In this document: positions 7,649 to 17,698 of the stretch, piece after piece
Layout: every line of letters begins with the position of its first letter
Position numbering within the stretch: the stretch's first letter is position 1
From: a virus
Length of the DNA stretch: 64,000 nt
IMG/VR virus record: IMGVR_UViG_3300042874_000443
Coordinates: 32,001 to 96,000 of that record
Strand: one strand, 5' to 3'
Position numbers and translations under genes: made by a program
The notes under the pieces: model-generated
What the model saw: the letters and a program-made list of their open reading frames with translations, nothing else
The model's database searches: none
What the model was told of the DNA's origin: nothing

Positions 7649-9388
7649 TCAGCAGAGGTCTGACGTTGGCACGACATTCGTGAAGCCTGCATTGGGGTTA
7701 GCTGCACTGTCCGTCGCCGTCGCTGTTCCGTCTTCTGCGATGACCGGCGTACTCGCGACAGGAGGCTCTCCTGTCAGTGGATCGATGTTCGGTGTACCGG
7801 GCGGGTACGGCGTCATGTCCGGTTGGAAGACCACCGTCTCTGCCTGTGTGACGGCGGTATCGATCGCAGCGAGAAGACCCATCAACGGATTTGCCGCATT
7901 CGCGGGACCGAACAGCGCGTCGAAGAATGCGAGGATGTTCGCCAGGTCCGCAAGACGAGGCGCCCCGGCGACAAAGCAGATACCGCAGACATACTCGCCG
8001 TTGTCGAAGGGCGGGCGTGAGCCGTCCGACGTGTCTTCTAGACGACGCGCCAGCTCTGACAAGAGGAACGCGTTGCCCCCTGTGCCGCTCGACATCTGGG
8101 TGACGTAGAGGCTTGGAATAGGTCTCGACAGTGAGGTCTGCAGACTTTGTACATCATGGAGAAGCTCTGTTGCTCGTGCAGAGAGACGCGCTGCTGAACC
8201 TTGTGCAAGCTTCAGGGCGTTGCCCAAGCGGTCCTTTGACCCTTTCGACGGTGAAAGCACCGACTTCGTTTGAGCAATCAAACTCTCGGCCGCTTTTGCA
8301 AGAACTGGAAACGCCGCTAAAGCGTTGGGTGTTGCGACCCAGTCGGGTGACTTGCCTGTCTGCGGTGGAGTGGGCGCTGACGCTACAACTTTTGCCACAT
8401 TGGAAACACGGTCATAAGCAAGGGTAAAGGTTGCGTCCACTTCTGTGCCCGTGCATTGCCATGCCACACAGTAGTAGACCGGCACTTTGGGATCGAGAGT
8501 GACGTCGGTATCTAGGTATGACGACGTTTTTCCGTCGCCTATCGAGATGACGGTGGCGTTACCTGACGTCATACCTTCCGTCAGGTTCTGTGTGGAGAAG
8601 AAGTTCAAAACCGAACGGGCAGATGCCGCACCACCATCAGTGGATCGAATGATGGCGTACTTGGTGACGGTTGCGGTTACTCCAGGAAAGTATGGAGAGG
8701 TGAATGGACCTGTCGGTGCGTCCCAGTTTATCTGGACAGCAATGCCCGGCGTTCCTGTAGATGTAACAATCTTGGCCGTTACGTTTTGAGGAATAGGTAC
8801 AGTGCGTGCGGCCAGTCCGTTGCCCCCTTTGGGGCGTGTTAGCTGGTCCAGTGTAGAGGCCGCAGATGTGATTGCGGCGTATCGAGAAGCACCTACCAAT
8901 AGCACCGCCATCGCTACCGCATCTGTAGAGCTGTCGTACTGCGGTCGATTCGGGTCTAGGGGGTCCATTAGCGACGTGGCGAACGCGTTGTAGAAACCCG
9001 CGTTACCCCCGCTCTTCGTGACGAGGGTTGCGTATGCATCTGCTGTAATCGTATTTGTTGGACCAAGCGCGATGTCTAGCGCGTCTTGTAAATCATCTAA
9101 CGTTGGCGGTAATGCAGCCGGTTCTGGTACCGGAAACGTTTTGGTGATTGGAACGGTGAGCATGTGAATACGTGCGCCACTCAACATGCTCTTCAACGTA
9201 TTGAGAATTGCCTTGATGACCGCTTCTGTTGGATTGGGCCGCGACGGCAATGAGAATGTAGATATCAGCGTGAGGTCACTTGCCAGGCTGCTGAGCAGGC
9301 CTGTTAACGCGCCTGACGCTGCTTCCACCGCAGACATGAGCGCGCTGGGCAGTAATTGGTTCGGATTGATTGTGTTCCAGTCGCTCAT
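7649..9388 (-). CDS. Putative baseplate/tail-associated protein with central Ig/FN3-like domain
   Basis: 579 aa; PQNVTA...VQINWDAP...YAIIRS...SYLD...YYCV FN3 signature; downstream of spike gene. Confidence 0.6.
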   Translation of the reverse strand: MSDWNTINPNQLLPSALMSAVEAASGALTGLLSSLASDLTLISTFSLPSRPNPTEAVIKAILNTLKSMLSGARIHMLTVPITKTFPVPEPAALPPTLDDLQDALDIALGPTNTITADAYATLVTKSGGNAGFYNAFATSLMDPLDPNRPQYDSSTDAVAMAVLLVGASRYAAITSAASTLDQLTRPKGGNGLAARTVPIPQNVTAKIVTSTGTPGIAVQINWDAPTGPFTSPYFPGVTATVTKYAIIRSTDGGAASARSVLNFFSTQNLTEGMTSGNATVISIGDGKTSSYLDTDVTLDPKVPVYYCVAWQCTGTEVDATFTLAYDRVSNVAKVVASAPTPPQTGKSPDWVATPNALAAFPVLAKAAESLIAQTKSVLSPSKGSKDRLGNALKLAQGSAARLSARATELLHDVQSLQTSLSRPIPSLYVTQMSSGTGGNAFLLSELARRLEDTSDGSRPPFDNGEYVCGICFVAGAPRLADLANILAFFDALFGPANAANPLMGLLAAIDTAVTQAETVVFQPDMTPYPPGTPNIDPLTGEPPVASTPVIAEDGTATATDSAANPNAGFTNVVPTSDLC

Positions 9389-9531
9389 TTACGCACCAGC
9401 TTAGCCATGCGTTCCATGCTCTGCCGACGACGTTCGATGTCTACACGTAATGCACGCGTGTACAACTCGATCATACGTGCAAGGACAGACCCTATTGCGG
9501 GTGTCGTAGTCCACTGCGGGTCGTCAGGCAT
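9385..9531 (-). CDS. 48-aa hypothetical (below ORF-track cutoff)
   Basis: MPDDPQWTTTPAIGSVLARMIELYTRALRVDIERRRQSMERMAKLVRK*; fills gap, ATGA overlap with next gene. Confidence 0.6.
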   Translation of the reverse strand: MPDDPQWTTTPAIGSVLARMIELYTRALRVDIERRRQSMERMAKLVRK

Positions 9532-9533
9532 GG

Positions 9534-10955
9534 CTACTCGGTTTTGACCTTGGTGGAGAGCGTTCCAGGGTACGCGCTGATGGCTGAGATCACCGCGGAT
9601 CCGAACGCAGAGACTGCGGCTGAGAGTGCCGCCAGTGCGATGGGCGTTGTTACGGGCGGTCCTGGAAACGCAGCACCGGCAGCGCTGGATGCTGCGGCGC
9701 CTGCGACCAGGGCGGCAGCGGCGGCACTGATGGGCGCAAAAACCTGGCTACCCACGTCAAGACCGCGCGCGACCGGCTGCACGGCGCTCTTGCCAAGCTT
9801 CACCTGAAGGCCTTCAACCGTGTTTGTACGTACCGCTGACGTCGTTGAGTCGCCGTCGACATCGGTTTTGTCGTTGCCGCCCACTTTGGTAGAGCGGTCG
9901 CCGGCGATCGCATTCGTCTGATCACCGCTGACGCCGACCTCGTGTCCGCCGCCGATAAACGTTGTTGCGTTGCCGGCGACCGAGCGCATCTCATCACCGC
10001 CCACCGACTCCGTGAAGTTCTGGTCGATCGTCGCGGCCCAATCACCGTGGATCAGTGCGACGTCGTTGCCGTCGATCGCGGCTGCGCGGTCGCCCGCTAT
10101 GTCGTGGCGAACTTGTGCGGTGCCGCTGGGACCCGACGAGATGTCGACGCCGCCTTCGCCGAAGAGTTGCACCTTGCCGTCGGACCCTGCGCGTAGACAG
10201 AACAGTAGCTTTCCTTCGGGCTCGAGGATCCGGAAGTCGAGTACGTCACCCGTCGCACCCAGGTCCAAACGGATCGTCCAGTGTTGTTCGTCGAGCCCTG
10301 TTTGTGCCGCTTGGTTGGAACCTGCTCGAAGAATGAGCGACGTCTTGCCGCGGTCGTTCTCGATGCGGAGCTGCCCGAAGTCCGTGAACTGCTGCAACCG
10401 ACGCGCGATCAAACGCAGCGTCCCTGACGGTCCGATCGACTGCACGTGCGCCGACGGGCTTCCCAGGAGTGCAACACCTCCCTCGAGCACGGCGACGTGT
10501 TGTCCCATCGAACCGACTTGCGCCCAGTCGCCCGAGCCCATGTCCGTCGGTGCGCCCGGCGGCTTGTAGTTGTTGTTGCCTTGTGTCGGTTGTGTGGGGT
10601 CGCTGTCGCCGACGCCTTCGACGCCGGTCAACGTGGGTGCGGGGATCGCCGACTGCGTCTGCCCCGGTAAGTCGATGCACCCCATGATCGTGGGAAAGCC
10701 GAGGCCCCAGAAGATGACGACCGAGGTTCCGATGGGGAGGTGGTCATATCCGGTGGCGGTCCCTTTGATCTGTGGGACGTCTTGAAGAGGACGTCCGCTG
10801 TGGGTTCGAACAACAGACGTGTGCGTCGCGGAGTTGTACGCGAGGACTTCGCCTAGTTCGTAGAGGCCGACTGCGCCTTGGGGTTCGCCCGTACGCGCCA
10901 GCCCGGCTGAGCCCATGTTGGCGGCACCTCGTGGTGGGCTGAGCGGGTCCTTCAC
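9534..10955 (-). CDS. Baseplate central spike (gp5/gpV/VgrG-like)
   Basis: N-terminal OB-fold-like region; C-terminal 8-residue beta-helix repeats (IAGDRAAA IDGNDVAL IHGDWAAT VGGDEMRS VAGNATTF). Confidence 0.75.
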   Translation of the reverse strand: MKDPLSPPRGAANMGSAGLARTGEPQGAVGLYELGEVLAYNSATHTSVVRTHSGRPLQDVPQIKGTATGYDHLPIGTSVVIFWGLGFPTIMGCIDLPGQTQSAIPAPTLTGVEGVGDSDPTQPTQGNNNYKPPGAPTDMGSGDWAQVGSMGQHVAVLEGGVALLGSPSAHVQSIGPSGTLRLIARRLQQFTDFGQLRIENDRGKTSLILRAGSNQAAQTGLDEQHWTIRLDLGATGDVLDFRILEPEGKLLFCLRAGSDGKVQLFGEGGVDISSGPSGTAQVRHDIAGDRAAAIDGNDVALIHGDWAATIDQNFTESVGGDEMRSVAGNATTFIGGGHEVGVSGDQTNAIAGDRSTKVGGNDKTDVDGDSTTSAVRTNTVEGLQVKLGKSAVQPVARGLDVGSQVFAPISAAAAALVAGAAASSAAGAAFPGPPVTTPIALAALSAAVSAFGSAVISAISAYPGTLSTKVKTE

Positions 10956-10967
10956 GTCCCGACCGTA

Positions 10968-11321
10968 TCACGGCTTCTGAGAGGGAGTCGGCGCGTTCGT
11001 CGGCGGGACGGAGTACTCGTTTGACCGAGACCGATGACGTTGGTCAGGGAAACGACGTTCGGACCATTTGAACGCTACGTAGAAGTTGACGATGACGATC
11101 AGGTGAAAGGCGTGCGTTGCGAGTACGAAGAACTGCTCCGAAGCACCGTCGACCAACACGATGCCGAGCATGACGTTCGTGTACATGAACAAACACAACG
11201 CAGCGCAGATGGCGAGGCTGACCGGATTCTTCCGGTTCCTCCACCCACGTAGGAAACGTAGAGCGAGGGGCACCCATGCGATCGCGAGGGCGACCGACAC
11301 TGCTGCGAGGACGTACGTCAT
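10968..11321 (-). CDS. Membrane protein (3 TM)
   Basis: Three hydrophobic helices; ATGA overlap. Confidence 0.65.
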   Translation of the reverse strand: MTYVLAAVSVALAIAWVPLALRFLRGWRNRKNPVSLAICAALCLFMYTNVMLGIVLVDGASEQFFVLATHAFHLIVIVNFYVAFKWSERRFPDQRHRSRSNEYSVPPTNAPTPSQKP

Positions 11322-11551
11322 GCTTTTTTGGCGGTCGTTCGGTGGCCGTTGTGGGCTTCCACGAGCGGGAATTCGGCCGTCGGGTCTTTGCCGAAACGCT
11401 CACGGTACTTGGTGACGACGCTGTTCTTGAGCGCGTCGACCTCCGGGTCGAGGCGTTGATGGAAGACCTTGTTGCGTCGTCCACAGCGGATCTCGGTCCA
11501 AATGACCAACCCCACAACCAACGCCAAAACGCCCGTTACGATCCAGGACAT
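11318..11551 (-). CDS. Small single-TM protein
   Basis: AAGGAG RBS; N-terminal TM. Confidence 0.65.
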   Translation of the reverse strand: MSWIVTGVLALVVGLVIWTEIRCGRRNKVFHQRLDPEVDALKNSVVTKYRERFGKDPTAEFPLVEAHNGHRTTAKKA

Positions 11552-11560
11552 GGTGCTCCT

Positions 11561-11833
11561 TCAGGCGTGAGGGGGATTTATCGGCGGGCGCATGGCCGGC
11601 AAACCGTCGACGGTCTTCGCCATGACCGTGACGGTCGTGAGCAGATTCTGAATGGTGTCGGTGAAGCGGTCCATCCGCTTCTCGACGCGCCACATGAACC
11701 AGAGGCTGACGAAGATCGGAAATCCGAACTCACGTAGTAGAGCAGCTGCATCCGCAGTGCCCCTGCCGGTTCCATCTGCTCCGAGGCAGAAGAACGCGAC
11801 TGCGAGAACCACCCATTCACGTGCGAAGCGCAT
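11561..11833 (-). CDS. YvrJ/BhlA-like small holin-type membrane protein
   Basis: LLREFGFPIFVSLWFMWRVEKRMDRFTDTIQNL resembles the YvrJ GFPI-x-V...R-x-EK pattern; ATG at 11833. Confidence 0.55.
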   Translation of the reverse strand: MRFAREWVVLAVAFFCLGADGTGRGTADAAALLREFGFPIFVSLWFMWRVEKRMDRFTDTIQNLLTTVTVMAKTVDGLPAMRPPINPPHA

Positions 11834-11835
11834 CT

Positions 11836-12597
11836 TCAGACGTCGGTGGGCTGGAGGCTCTTGTTGTCGTTCGCCTCGATGGACGCTTGGTCGTTGTCGA
11901 TGAAGCCGAGGATGGCGTCGATCGACGTTGCCGTGATGCCGCCACCGCCCTGTGCATTCGGGCGCAGGCCGGGCTTCGTCAGGCTGCCGAACGGTAGGAG
12001 ACGATCCGACATACCCGAGACGTTCTCGAGCACGAGGTTCTGTCCGGCGTTCCAGCCGATGGCGTACGACGTGATCATCGACAGTTCGGCGTAGAAGCCG
12101 CCGCAGAAGCCGTGCGTCTTGTCGCGGAACACGCAGCCCATCCCGAACGGGATCAGGAACAGCTCGGAGTCGAGGTTGATGAAGTACTTCTTGCTGCCCG
12201 GGTCGGCGTCCGTCGCTTGATCGTCGAACTGCGCGGGGTCGATGCCGCCGGAGACCGCGTTGTGATAGAGGACGCGGAGCAGGTTGCGTCCGTTCACGAA
12301 CAGACGTCCCATCGTCCACTGCGTCTGCGCCTTGCCGCTGACGTAGAACGAGCGGCCCGAGCCGATCGCCATCATCGGCTGCGTCGGCTTGGTCTGTGTG
12401 AAGTTGACCGCCTGCAGCATCCCGATGGGAAGCAGGTTCGCTGCACCCTGCGAGAGGTTCTGGCGACGTGCGGGGCCGGCGAGCACGAGCGTGTCGTCCG
12501 GATGCGCTGCGGTGTACGCAGCGTTGTCCATCACGCGCTCGACGTAGCTCTGCTGGAACGCCCAGGTATCGAATCCTTGAACTACGCCGAGTGCCAT
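11836..12597 (-). CDS. Tail tube protein
   Basis: IGMLQAVNFTQTKPTQPMMAIGSGRSFYVSGK tube-like motif; AAGGAG RBS; downstream of sheath. Confidence 0.65.
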   Translation of the reverse strand: MALGVVQGFDTWAFQQSYVERVMDNAAYTAAHPDDTLVLAGPARRQNLSQGAANLLPIGMLQAVNFTQTKPTQPMMAIGSGRSFYVSGKAQTQWTMGRLFVNGRNLLRVLYHNAVSGGIDPAQFDDQATDADPGSKKYFINLDSELFLIPFGMGCVFRDKTHGFCGGFYAELSMITSYAIGWNAGQNLVLENVSGMSDRLLPFGSLTKPGLRPNAQGGGGITATSIDAILGFIDNDQASIEANDNKSLQPTDV

Positions 12598-12608
12598 AAC
12601 GTTCTCCT

Positions 12609-13538
12609 TCAGGCTTTCATATAGCGCAGGCCTTTGGTGGCTCCAATTGTGCCACCAACGGACGCGAGAAGATCGGGGAGTGACATGCCGACGCCCGGCA
12701 CGGTGATGTGACGGCCGAGAAGCTTTTCGAGGCCCATGCCTCCGAGCGCACCGAGGCCGCCGCCGAGAAGGCCGCCGCCGGCCATACCGCCGAACGTGCG
12801 CGCGGCAGCGCCGGGACCGTGCTTGACGCCCTGTTCTACGACGCTGTAGCCGGGGATCTCTCCCTTCAGGATGTCGCTCACAGGCTCACGTTCGACGTGC
12901 TCGCTCTGTTTCAGCGTCGGCTGCAGCATCTGTGCGCCTTGCAGTGCCCAGGGTGGGATGTCTTGGGACGTTGCGTCAAGCGCGTACGGCGCTCCTGGTG
13001 GCACAGAGGGCGCCGCCGTTTCTTCCGCTTTTTCGCCGAGAAGCTTGCCGGCCGTGCCCATCGTGAGAGTGCCGAGGAGGGCGCCTAGCTCGGGGTTGTT
13101 GAGGTAGCGGCGCCCCAGGTTGAATCCGGCGTAGCCGCCGATCGCGGGACCCGCTACCGCGGGAAAAACGGACGAGAGGCTGCCGCCCTTGAAGATGCTC
13201 GTCAAACGCGACAGGCGGTCCATCACACCCGGCGAAGAAGGTGCCGGTGCGGAGGGCGCGGCTTGGCGCGCAGCCATTGCGCGTTCGATGTCGCTCATAC
13301 GTTGCGTCAGCTCGCCGCCTTGCTGTTCGATGAGATTGGCGCGTTGTCCGAGACGCCCGTGGAGGGCACCTGCACCAGCGCCCATTGCGACGTCGCGTAG
13401 TGGGTGATCGTCACCGCTGACGAGACTCGTGAGTCCACCGAGCGCTCCACCCGCAAGCGCTCCGCCCAGTGGAGAGTTCGTCAGCAACTTGCTGACGTCC
13501 ACAGGCAGCGCAGCGATCTTGAAGCGTTCGACGGTCAT
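12609..13538 (-). CDS. Glycine-zipper membrane polyprotein
   Basis: MTVERFKIA start; three GxxxG hairpin modules. Confidence 0.75.
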   Translation of the reverse strand: MTVERFKIAALPVDVSKLLTNSPLGGALAGGALGGLTSLVSGDDHPLRDVAMGAGAGALHGRLGQRANLIEQQGGELTQRMSDIERAMAARQAAPSAPAPSSPGVMDRLSRLTSIFKGGSLSSVFPAVAGPAIGGYAGFNLGRRYLNNPELGALLGTLTMGTAGKLLGEKAEETAAPSVPPGAPYALDATSQDIPPWALQGAQMLQPTLKQSEHVEREPVSDILKGEIPGYSVVEQGVKHGPGAAARTFGGMAGGGLLGGGLGALGGMGLEKLLGRHITVPGVGMSLPDLLASVGGTIGATKGLRYMKA

Positions 13539-14548
13539 CAGTTCATCATCTGCTGCTGCTGCGGCTGTTGCTGTTGCGGCATCATCTTCTGACCCAGCGC
13601 ACCGCCGGCCATCGAGCCGACCATGTCAGTGGCGGCGCCGCCGATGCCGCCGGTCATCTTCGGAAGCGCCTTGCCCGCCACCCCTTGCAGCATCTTGCCG
13701 CCAGCGCCGCGTGCGAGCGCGCCCGCGCCTGCGCGAAGGGCGGTTCCACCGAGTAGTGCGCCTACGAGTGGAAGGATCGCCTCTTTGATCTGGAACGCAG
13801 CCGCAGCCGCCTTGATGCCGAGGTTGTAGTTCTCCTCGAGTCCTGCTGCCTTTGCAGCGAACGGCGACGTCGCGTGCATGCGATCGAGCGCCGCTTGTGG
13901 AAGCGGCGGCGGACCCTTCGGCCCCTTTGCGGCCGCCGGGATCGGTGGCGGCTTTGTCGGACGACCGCCGCCCATCACTGATGCAGCAGCAGCCGCGGGT
14001 GACATGGGGCCGCCGGCACCGCCGAAGATGGCGGCCTTCTCGCTGAGGCCGAATGCTGCGAGCGCTGCGTGCTTGCCGCGCAAACGATCGATCGTGCTGC
14101 GGTCGTCTTTGCCGCCGAGATGACCACCGATCGCAGCGCCGCCCACGCCACCGATCTGTTTGCCGAGATTCGCGCCCGCCTCTGGATTCATGTGAAGGGC
14201 CTGCGCGAGTAGGCTGCCGAGACCTCCCCCTGCGAAGCCGCCAACCGAGTGCCCGATGCCGGCGTCGATGGCTGCGTCGAGACCGCGCCCGGGATCGGCG
14301 CCAAGACCTGCACCGATCGCAGCGCCCGCCTGTCCGCTCAGCGGACCGAGCGCACCTGCTTGACCCATGCCGGACCCCAGACCGCCGATGAGCGCACCCA
14401 TCCCGCCCTGGTTCGCGAGCTTCTCCTCGTGCCCTCGGGGCTCACGTTCCACGATGATGTTGACGCCAGGACCGCCGTGCTCGCGCGTGTTCCTCTCGGC
14501 GCCCTTGACGAGATCCGCGATGAACTTGTCGAAGAAGCTATCGGACAC
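13538..14548 (-). CDS. Glycine-zipper polyprotein with internal leader motifs
   Basis: EEKLA, RGKHAALAAFGLSEKAA and NYNLGIKAAAAAFQIKEA separate Gly-rich modules; poly-Q tail. Confidence 0.75.
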   Translation of the reverse strand: MSDSFFDKFIADLVKGAERNTREHGGPGVNIIVEREPRGHEEKLANQGGMGALIGGLGSGMGQAGALGPLSGQAGAAIGAGLGADPGRGLDAAIDAGIGHSVGGFAGGGLGSLLAQALHMNPEAGANLGKQIGGVGGAAIGGHLGGKDDRSTIDRLRGKHAALAAFGLSEKAAIFGGAGGPMSPAAAAASVMGGGRPTKPPPIPAAAKGPKGPPPLPQAALDRMHATSPFAAKAAGLEENYNLGIKAAAAAFQIKEAILPLVGALLGGTALRAGAGALARGAGGKMLQGVAGKALPKMTGGIGGAATDMVGSMAGGALGQKMMPQQQQPQQQQMMN

Positions 14549-14558
14549 GCGGGACTCC

Positions 14559-16916
14559 TTACGCGACGAGGTGCAGTTCGATGACGTTGAGCGGCTTCGG
14601 CAGGCCGATCGCGCAGTAGATGAGCACGCGGTCGCCTGACGTCGGCGAGACGTCGAGGCTCGTGATCTCGAACGACGTCAGCGGCGCACCGATCTTGGCG
14701 ACCGTGCGCAGAAGCAGCAACTGCGACCCCGTGATAAGAGCACCGTGGAGCTGCGTCAGCGTGTCGACGGTGACGTTGTACTGGCCGAGGAAGTCTTCGA
14801 GGATGTCGACGAAGAACAGCGACACGAAGTCGAAGTTCTTGACGACCGAGAACTCCCCCGACTCGAGCGTCGACGGGTCGGTGGTGAGCTGGTGGATCGT
14901 GTACGGCAGCGACGTTGTCGTCTGCTGCGCGAACACGTACCAGCCACCGTTCGAGATGTCGGTGAGCTGGCTGTCGGTGAAGTACGTGTTCGAGTTGAAG
15001 ATCTGGCTGACACCGGCGATGCCGATGTTGGTGAACCCCTGCTGCGACGGAAGGCCCGCCGTCATGCCGCCGACCGCACACGCCAGGTAGAACCCAGGCT
15101 GGTTGTCGCCGTCGGTCACGCCCGCGACGTCGCAACGATCCGGCCACACGAGGATCGTGCGCTTGGAGTTGAACGACTGTGCGACCGCGACCAGGTCCGT
15201 CACCTGCTGGCTCTTCGAGAGCGTGCGAACGATCTGGAAGTTGATCGTAGTGAGGCCGACGAGAGCGCCGCCAATGCGCTTCACGCCGTGGGGCAGCTCG
15301 TTCATGACCGTCGAGCTGTCCTGGCCGTTGTTCACGATCTGCAGGCGCTGGTCACTGATGACGTTGTTCACGACAAGCGTCGTGAATACCGTCGCATCCG
15401 TGATCGTGGCGTTGGGGTCGACGGGGATCTGGATCAGGTCACCCGCAGCGACGCCGCTCGCGACGAACGTCCCGCTCGGGTCCTTCAGGATGAGGTAGAG
15501 GTCGTCGCCCGCGGCTGTCGTCGTACCGACGAGAGGTGCCGATGCGATGCGCACGGTGACACCATCCGCCTCGAGAATCGCGCAGGTGATGTCAACGGCG
15601 CCTGCGCTCGCGAACGGCGTCGCCGTGTCGACTTCGAGAATCGCAGCCGTGGCCACCGACGCGATCGGATAGTCGCCGAGCGCGACCACACCCGCTGCAC
15701 TGGTCACGGTGACACGCAAGATGTCACTCGGGATCACGCCGTTGGTGATGAGGCTCGCGATGCCCGTGAGCGTGATGCGGACGATCGCGGTTGGCGCAGT
15801 GCCGGCAACCTGGATTGATTCACCCGTTGCCGATGGTTCGATGATCGTCTTGGTGATGGGCAGCGTGCCGTTGCCGATGACGACACGGAAGCGCTGCGGA
15901 CGGCCGTGCACGTCGTCAGGCAGTGCAAGCCCGACGCAGTCCGAGTTCCACATCGCGAAGATCGGGATGTCGGTCGTCAGCGGGATGATGGCGTAGATGT
16001 CCGGGCGCGCGGAGATGAGGTCACGCACTTGCGTGTGCCCCACCAGGTCATCTGACAGCACGCCGATGAACTGCACGACTGAGGTCGTGTTTTGGAGCGC
16101 CACGAACGCACCCGCGGCGAGCGGGTTGCGCGCGTCGATGCGCCCGATCTTCGAGAGGATCTCGTCCGTGGATTCGATCGTGTCGAGATCCACGAGGTCC
16201 TGACGGAGCGAGATGTACTGCTCGTAGACCACCGCGTACGACACCACGTGGGTGCCCTGGTTGGTGACCGGCAACGTCACACCGCCCGAGATTCGGGTGA
16301 TGTTTCCGTTGGTGGTGACGAACGACGAATCGATCTGGACGTCGTTGATCTGACGCTCGATGCGGAACACCTGCGCGATGCCCGGAACGAACAGGCCGCC
16401 GGTGACGTCCGAGGTCACCGTGAGCTGTGTGTCCGACACGACGGAGGCGACCGTGCGCGAGATGAAGTTCACGCCGTCCGAGATCGTGATGCGGTCGCCT
16501 GGCAGCACGCGCGTGTTGCCGGTGTTCCACAGCGCGGTTGCCGAATCGATCACGTTCGGCGTGGCGACGGTGGTGACGCCGTCTGCGCCGCTTGCGATGA
16601 TCACGCGCGCGTTGTCGAAGAAGATCGCGACACTGTCACCGTCGAGCAGGGCTCCCACCTCGTTGTTGGGGGGCTCCGCCACGACGATGTAGTTCGGCCC
16701 CACGGGAGTTGCCGTTGCCGGGTTCCCTTCGAGCACGCCGTAGGGCGTCGCCACCAGGATGTCGGCCTTGTCGGCGTAGTCCGTGGTTCCAGGTTCGAAG
16801 TAGTCCTGGATGTGGAAGGCCGGGCCCACCACGAGGCAGTTGAGATCCGGGGACGTCGGCGTAACCGTCGGCGTGGCCAGGTCCTGGTAAACAAGTACGA
16901 CCGGTCGAATGGCCAT
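14559..16916 (-). CDS. Tail sheath protein
   Basis: 785 aa; MAIRPVVLVYQ N-terminus; C-terminal PSQQGFTN...IHQLTT...EFSVVKNFDFV...LPKPLNVIELHL sheath pattern. Confidence 0.85.
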   Translation of the reverse strand: MAIRPVVLVYQDLATPTVTPTSPDLNCLVVGPAFHIQDYFEPGTTDYADKADILVATPYGVLEGNPATATPVGPNYIVVAEPPNNEVGALLDGDSVAIFFDNARVIIASGADGVTTVATPNVIDSATALWNTGNTRVLPGDRITISDGVNFISRTVASVVSDTQLTVTSDVTGGLFVPGIAQVFRIERQINDVQIDSSFVTTNGNITRISGGVTLPVTNQGTHVVSYAVVYEQYISLRQDLVDLDTIESTDEILSKIGRIDARNPLAAGAFVALQNTTSVVQFIGVLSDDLVGHTQVRDLISARPDIYAIIPLTTDIPIFAMWNSDCVGLALPDDVHGRPQRFRVVIGNGTLPITKTIIEPSATGESIQVAGTAPTAIVRITLTGIASLITNGVIPSDILRVTVTSAAGVVALGDYPIASVATAAILEVDTATPFASAGAVDITCAILEADGVTVRIASAPLVGTTTAAGDDLYLILKDPSGTFVASGVAAGDLIQIPVDPNATITDATVFTTLVVNNVISDQRLQIVNNGQDSSTVMNELPHGVKRIGGALVGLTTINFQIVRTLSKSQQVTDLVAVAQSFNSKRTILVWPDRCDVAGVTDGDNQPGFYLACAVGGMTAGLPSQQGFTNIGIAGVSQIFNSNTYFTDSQLTDISNGGWYVFAQQTTTSLPYTIHQLTTDPSTLESGEFSVVKNFDFVSLFFVDILEDFLGQYNVTVDTLTQLHGALITGSQLLLLRTVAKIGAPLTSFEITSLDVSPTSGDRVLIYCAIGLPKPLNVIELHLVA

Positions 16917-16949
16917 GGGTCAGTTCTCCGAGTCCATAGGGTTGCGGAA

Positions 16950-16957
16950 ATTATAGG
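16950..16957 (-). promoter_or_regulatory. -10 element CC-TATAAT upstream of sheath
   Basis: CACCCTATAAT, 33-nt leader containing GGAG. Confidence 0.7.
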
Positions 16958-16987
16958 GTGTTGGGCCAAGTTTCGCGACGAGAGCTG

Positions 16988-17695
16988 TCACTTCGGTTGG
17001 TCCTGCCAAGACAGGGCAACGCTCTCGAAGAACTCGGTGGCCGACTCGACCCCCGAGCGTACGATGTCCAGCTCCAGCTCGCGGAGCAGTGGTGCCGTCG
17101 GTGCGTTGGTCCAGCGGAGCGGAACTTGTACGACGAAGGTCACCGACGTCGTCCACTGGTCCTTGTCGCGCTGCGACGGCTGCGTGCGACTCACGGTGAT
17201 CGGCGTCATGTCGTGAAAGCCGAACTTGGCCTGGATGAGGTCGCTCGAGGCCTGCAGAAAAACGCCCACGATGTCACCGAGCGATGCGCTCTCTGCACGC
17301 TTGCCCGTCACACACTCGATGAGGATCGGGATGGACTGCAGGTTCCAGAAGCCTTCGAGCCCCGTCTTGAGGTTCAAGCCTGCACGGTCTCCCAGCACGA
17401 CACGACCCATGGTTTGGTCATCACAGTCCACGTAGACGGCGGGACGGAAATTCCGGTGGGTCTTGTCTTCGTTGAAAGCACTCTCGACTGCCAGCTTTGT
17501 CTTCTTGATGTCCGAATTCCATCGCCACTGGAAATCCTCAGGGACGATACGATTCCCAAACCTGCGTCTGATGATCTCAACGAACACCCCAAGCACCGCC
17601 AGCTTCGACCCTGGTCGGATGCTGTCGGGTTGCGTTTCTTCCGGCGAAGGTTGGTTCTTCGGGTCCGGAACGTATGAGGGATAGTTGTCCGCCAT
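16988..17695 (-). CDS. Putative tail terminator/neck protein
   Basis: Position between neck and sheath genes; RPAVYV motif. Confidence 0.5.
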   Translation of the reverse strand: MADNYPSYVPDPKNQPSPEETQPDSIRPGSKLAVLGVFVEIIRRRFGNRIVPEDFQWRWNSDIKKTKLAVESAFNEDKTHRNFRPAVYVDCDDQTMGRVVLGDRAGLNLKTGLEGFWNLQSIPILIECVTGKRAESASLGDIVGVFLQASSDLIQAKFGFHDMTPITVSRTQPSQRDKDQWTTSVTFVVQVPLRWTNAPTAPLLRELELDIVRSGVESATEFFESVALSWQDQPK

Positions 17696-17698
17696 GAC

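Noticed and set aside
9534-16916. Tailocin, eCIS or T6SS locus
   Set aside because: Capsid, portal, terminase and replication genes are present, so it is a complete phage
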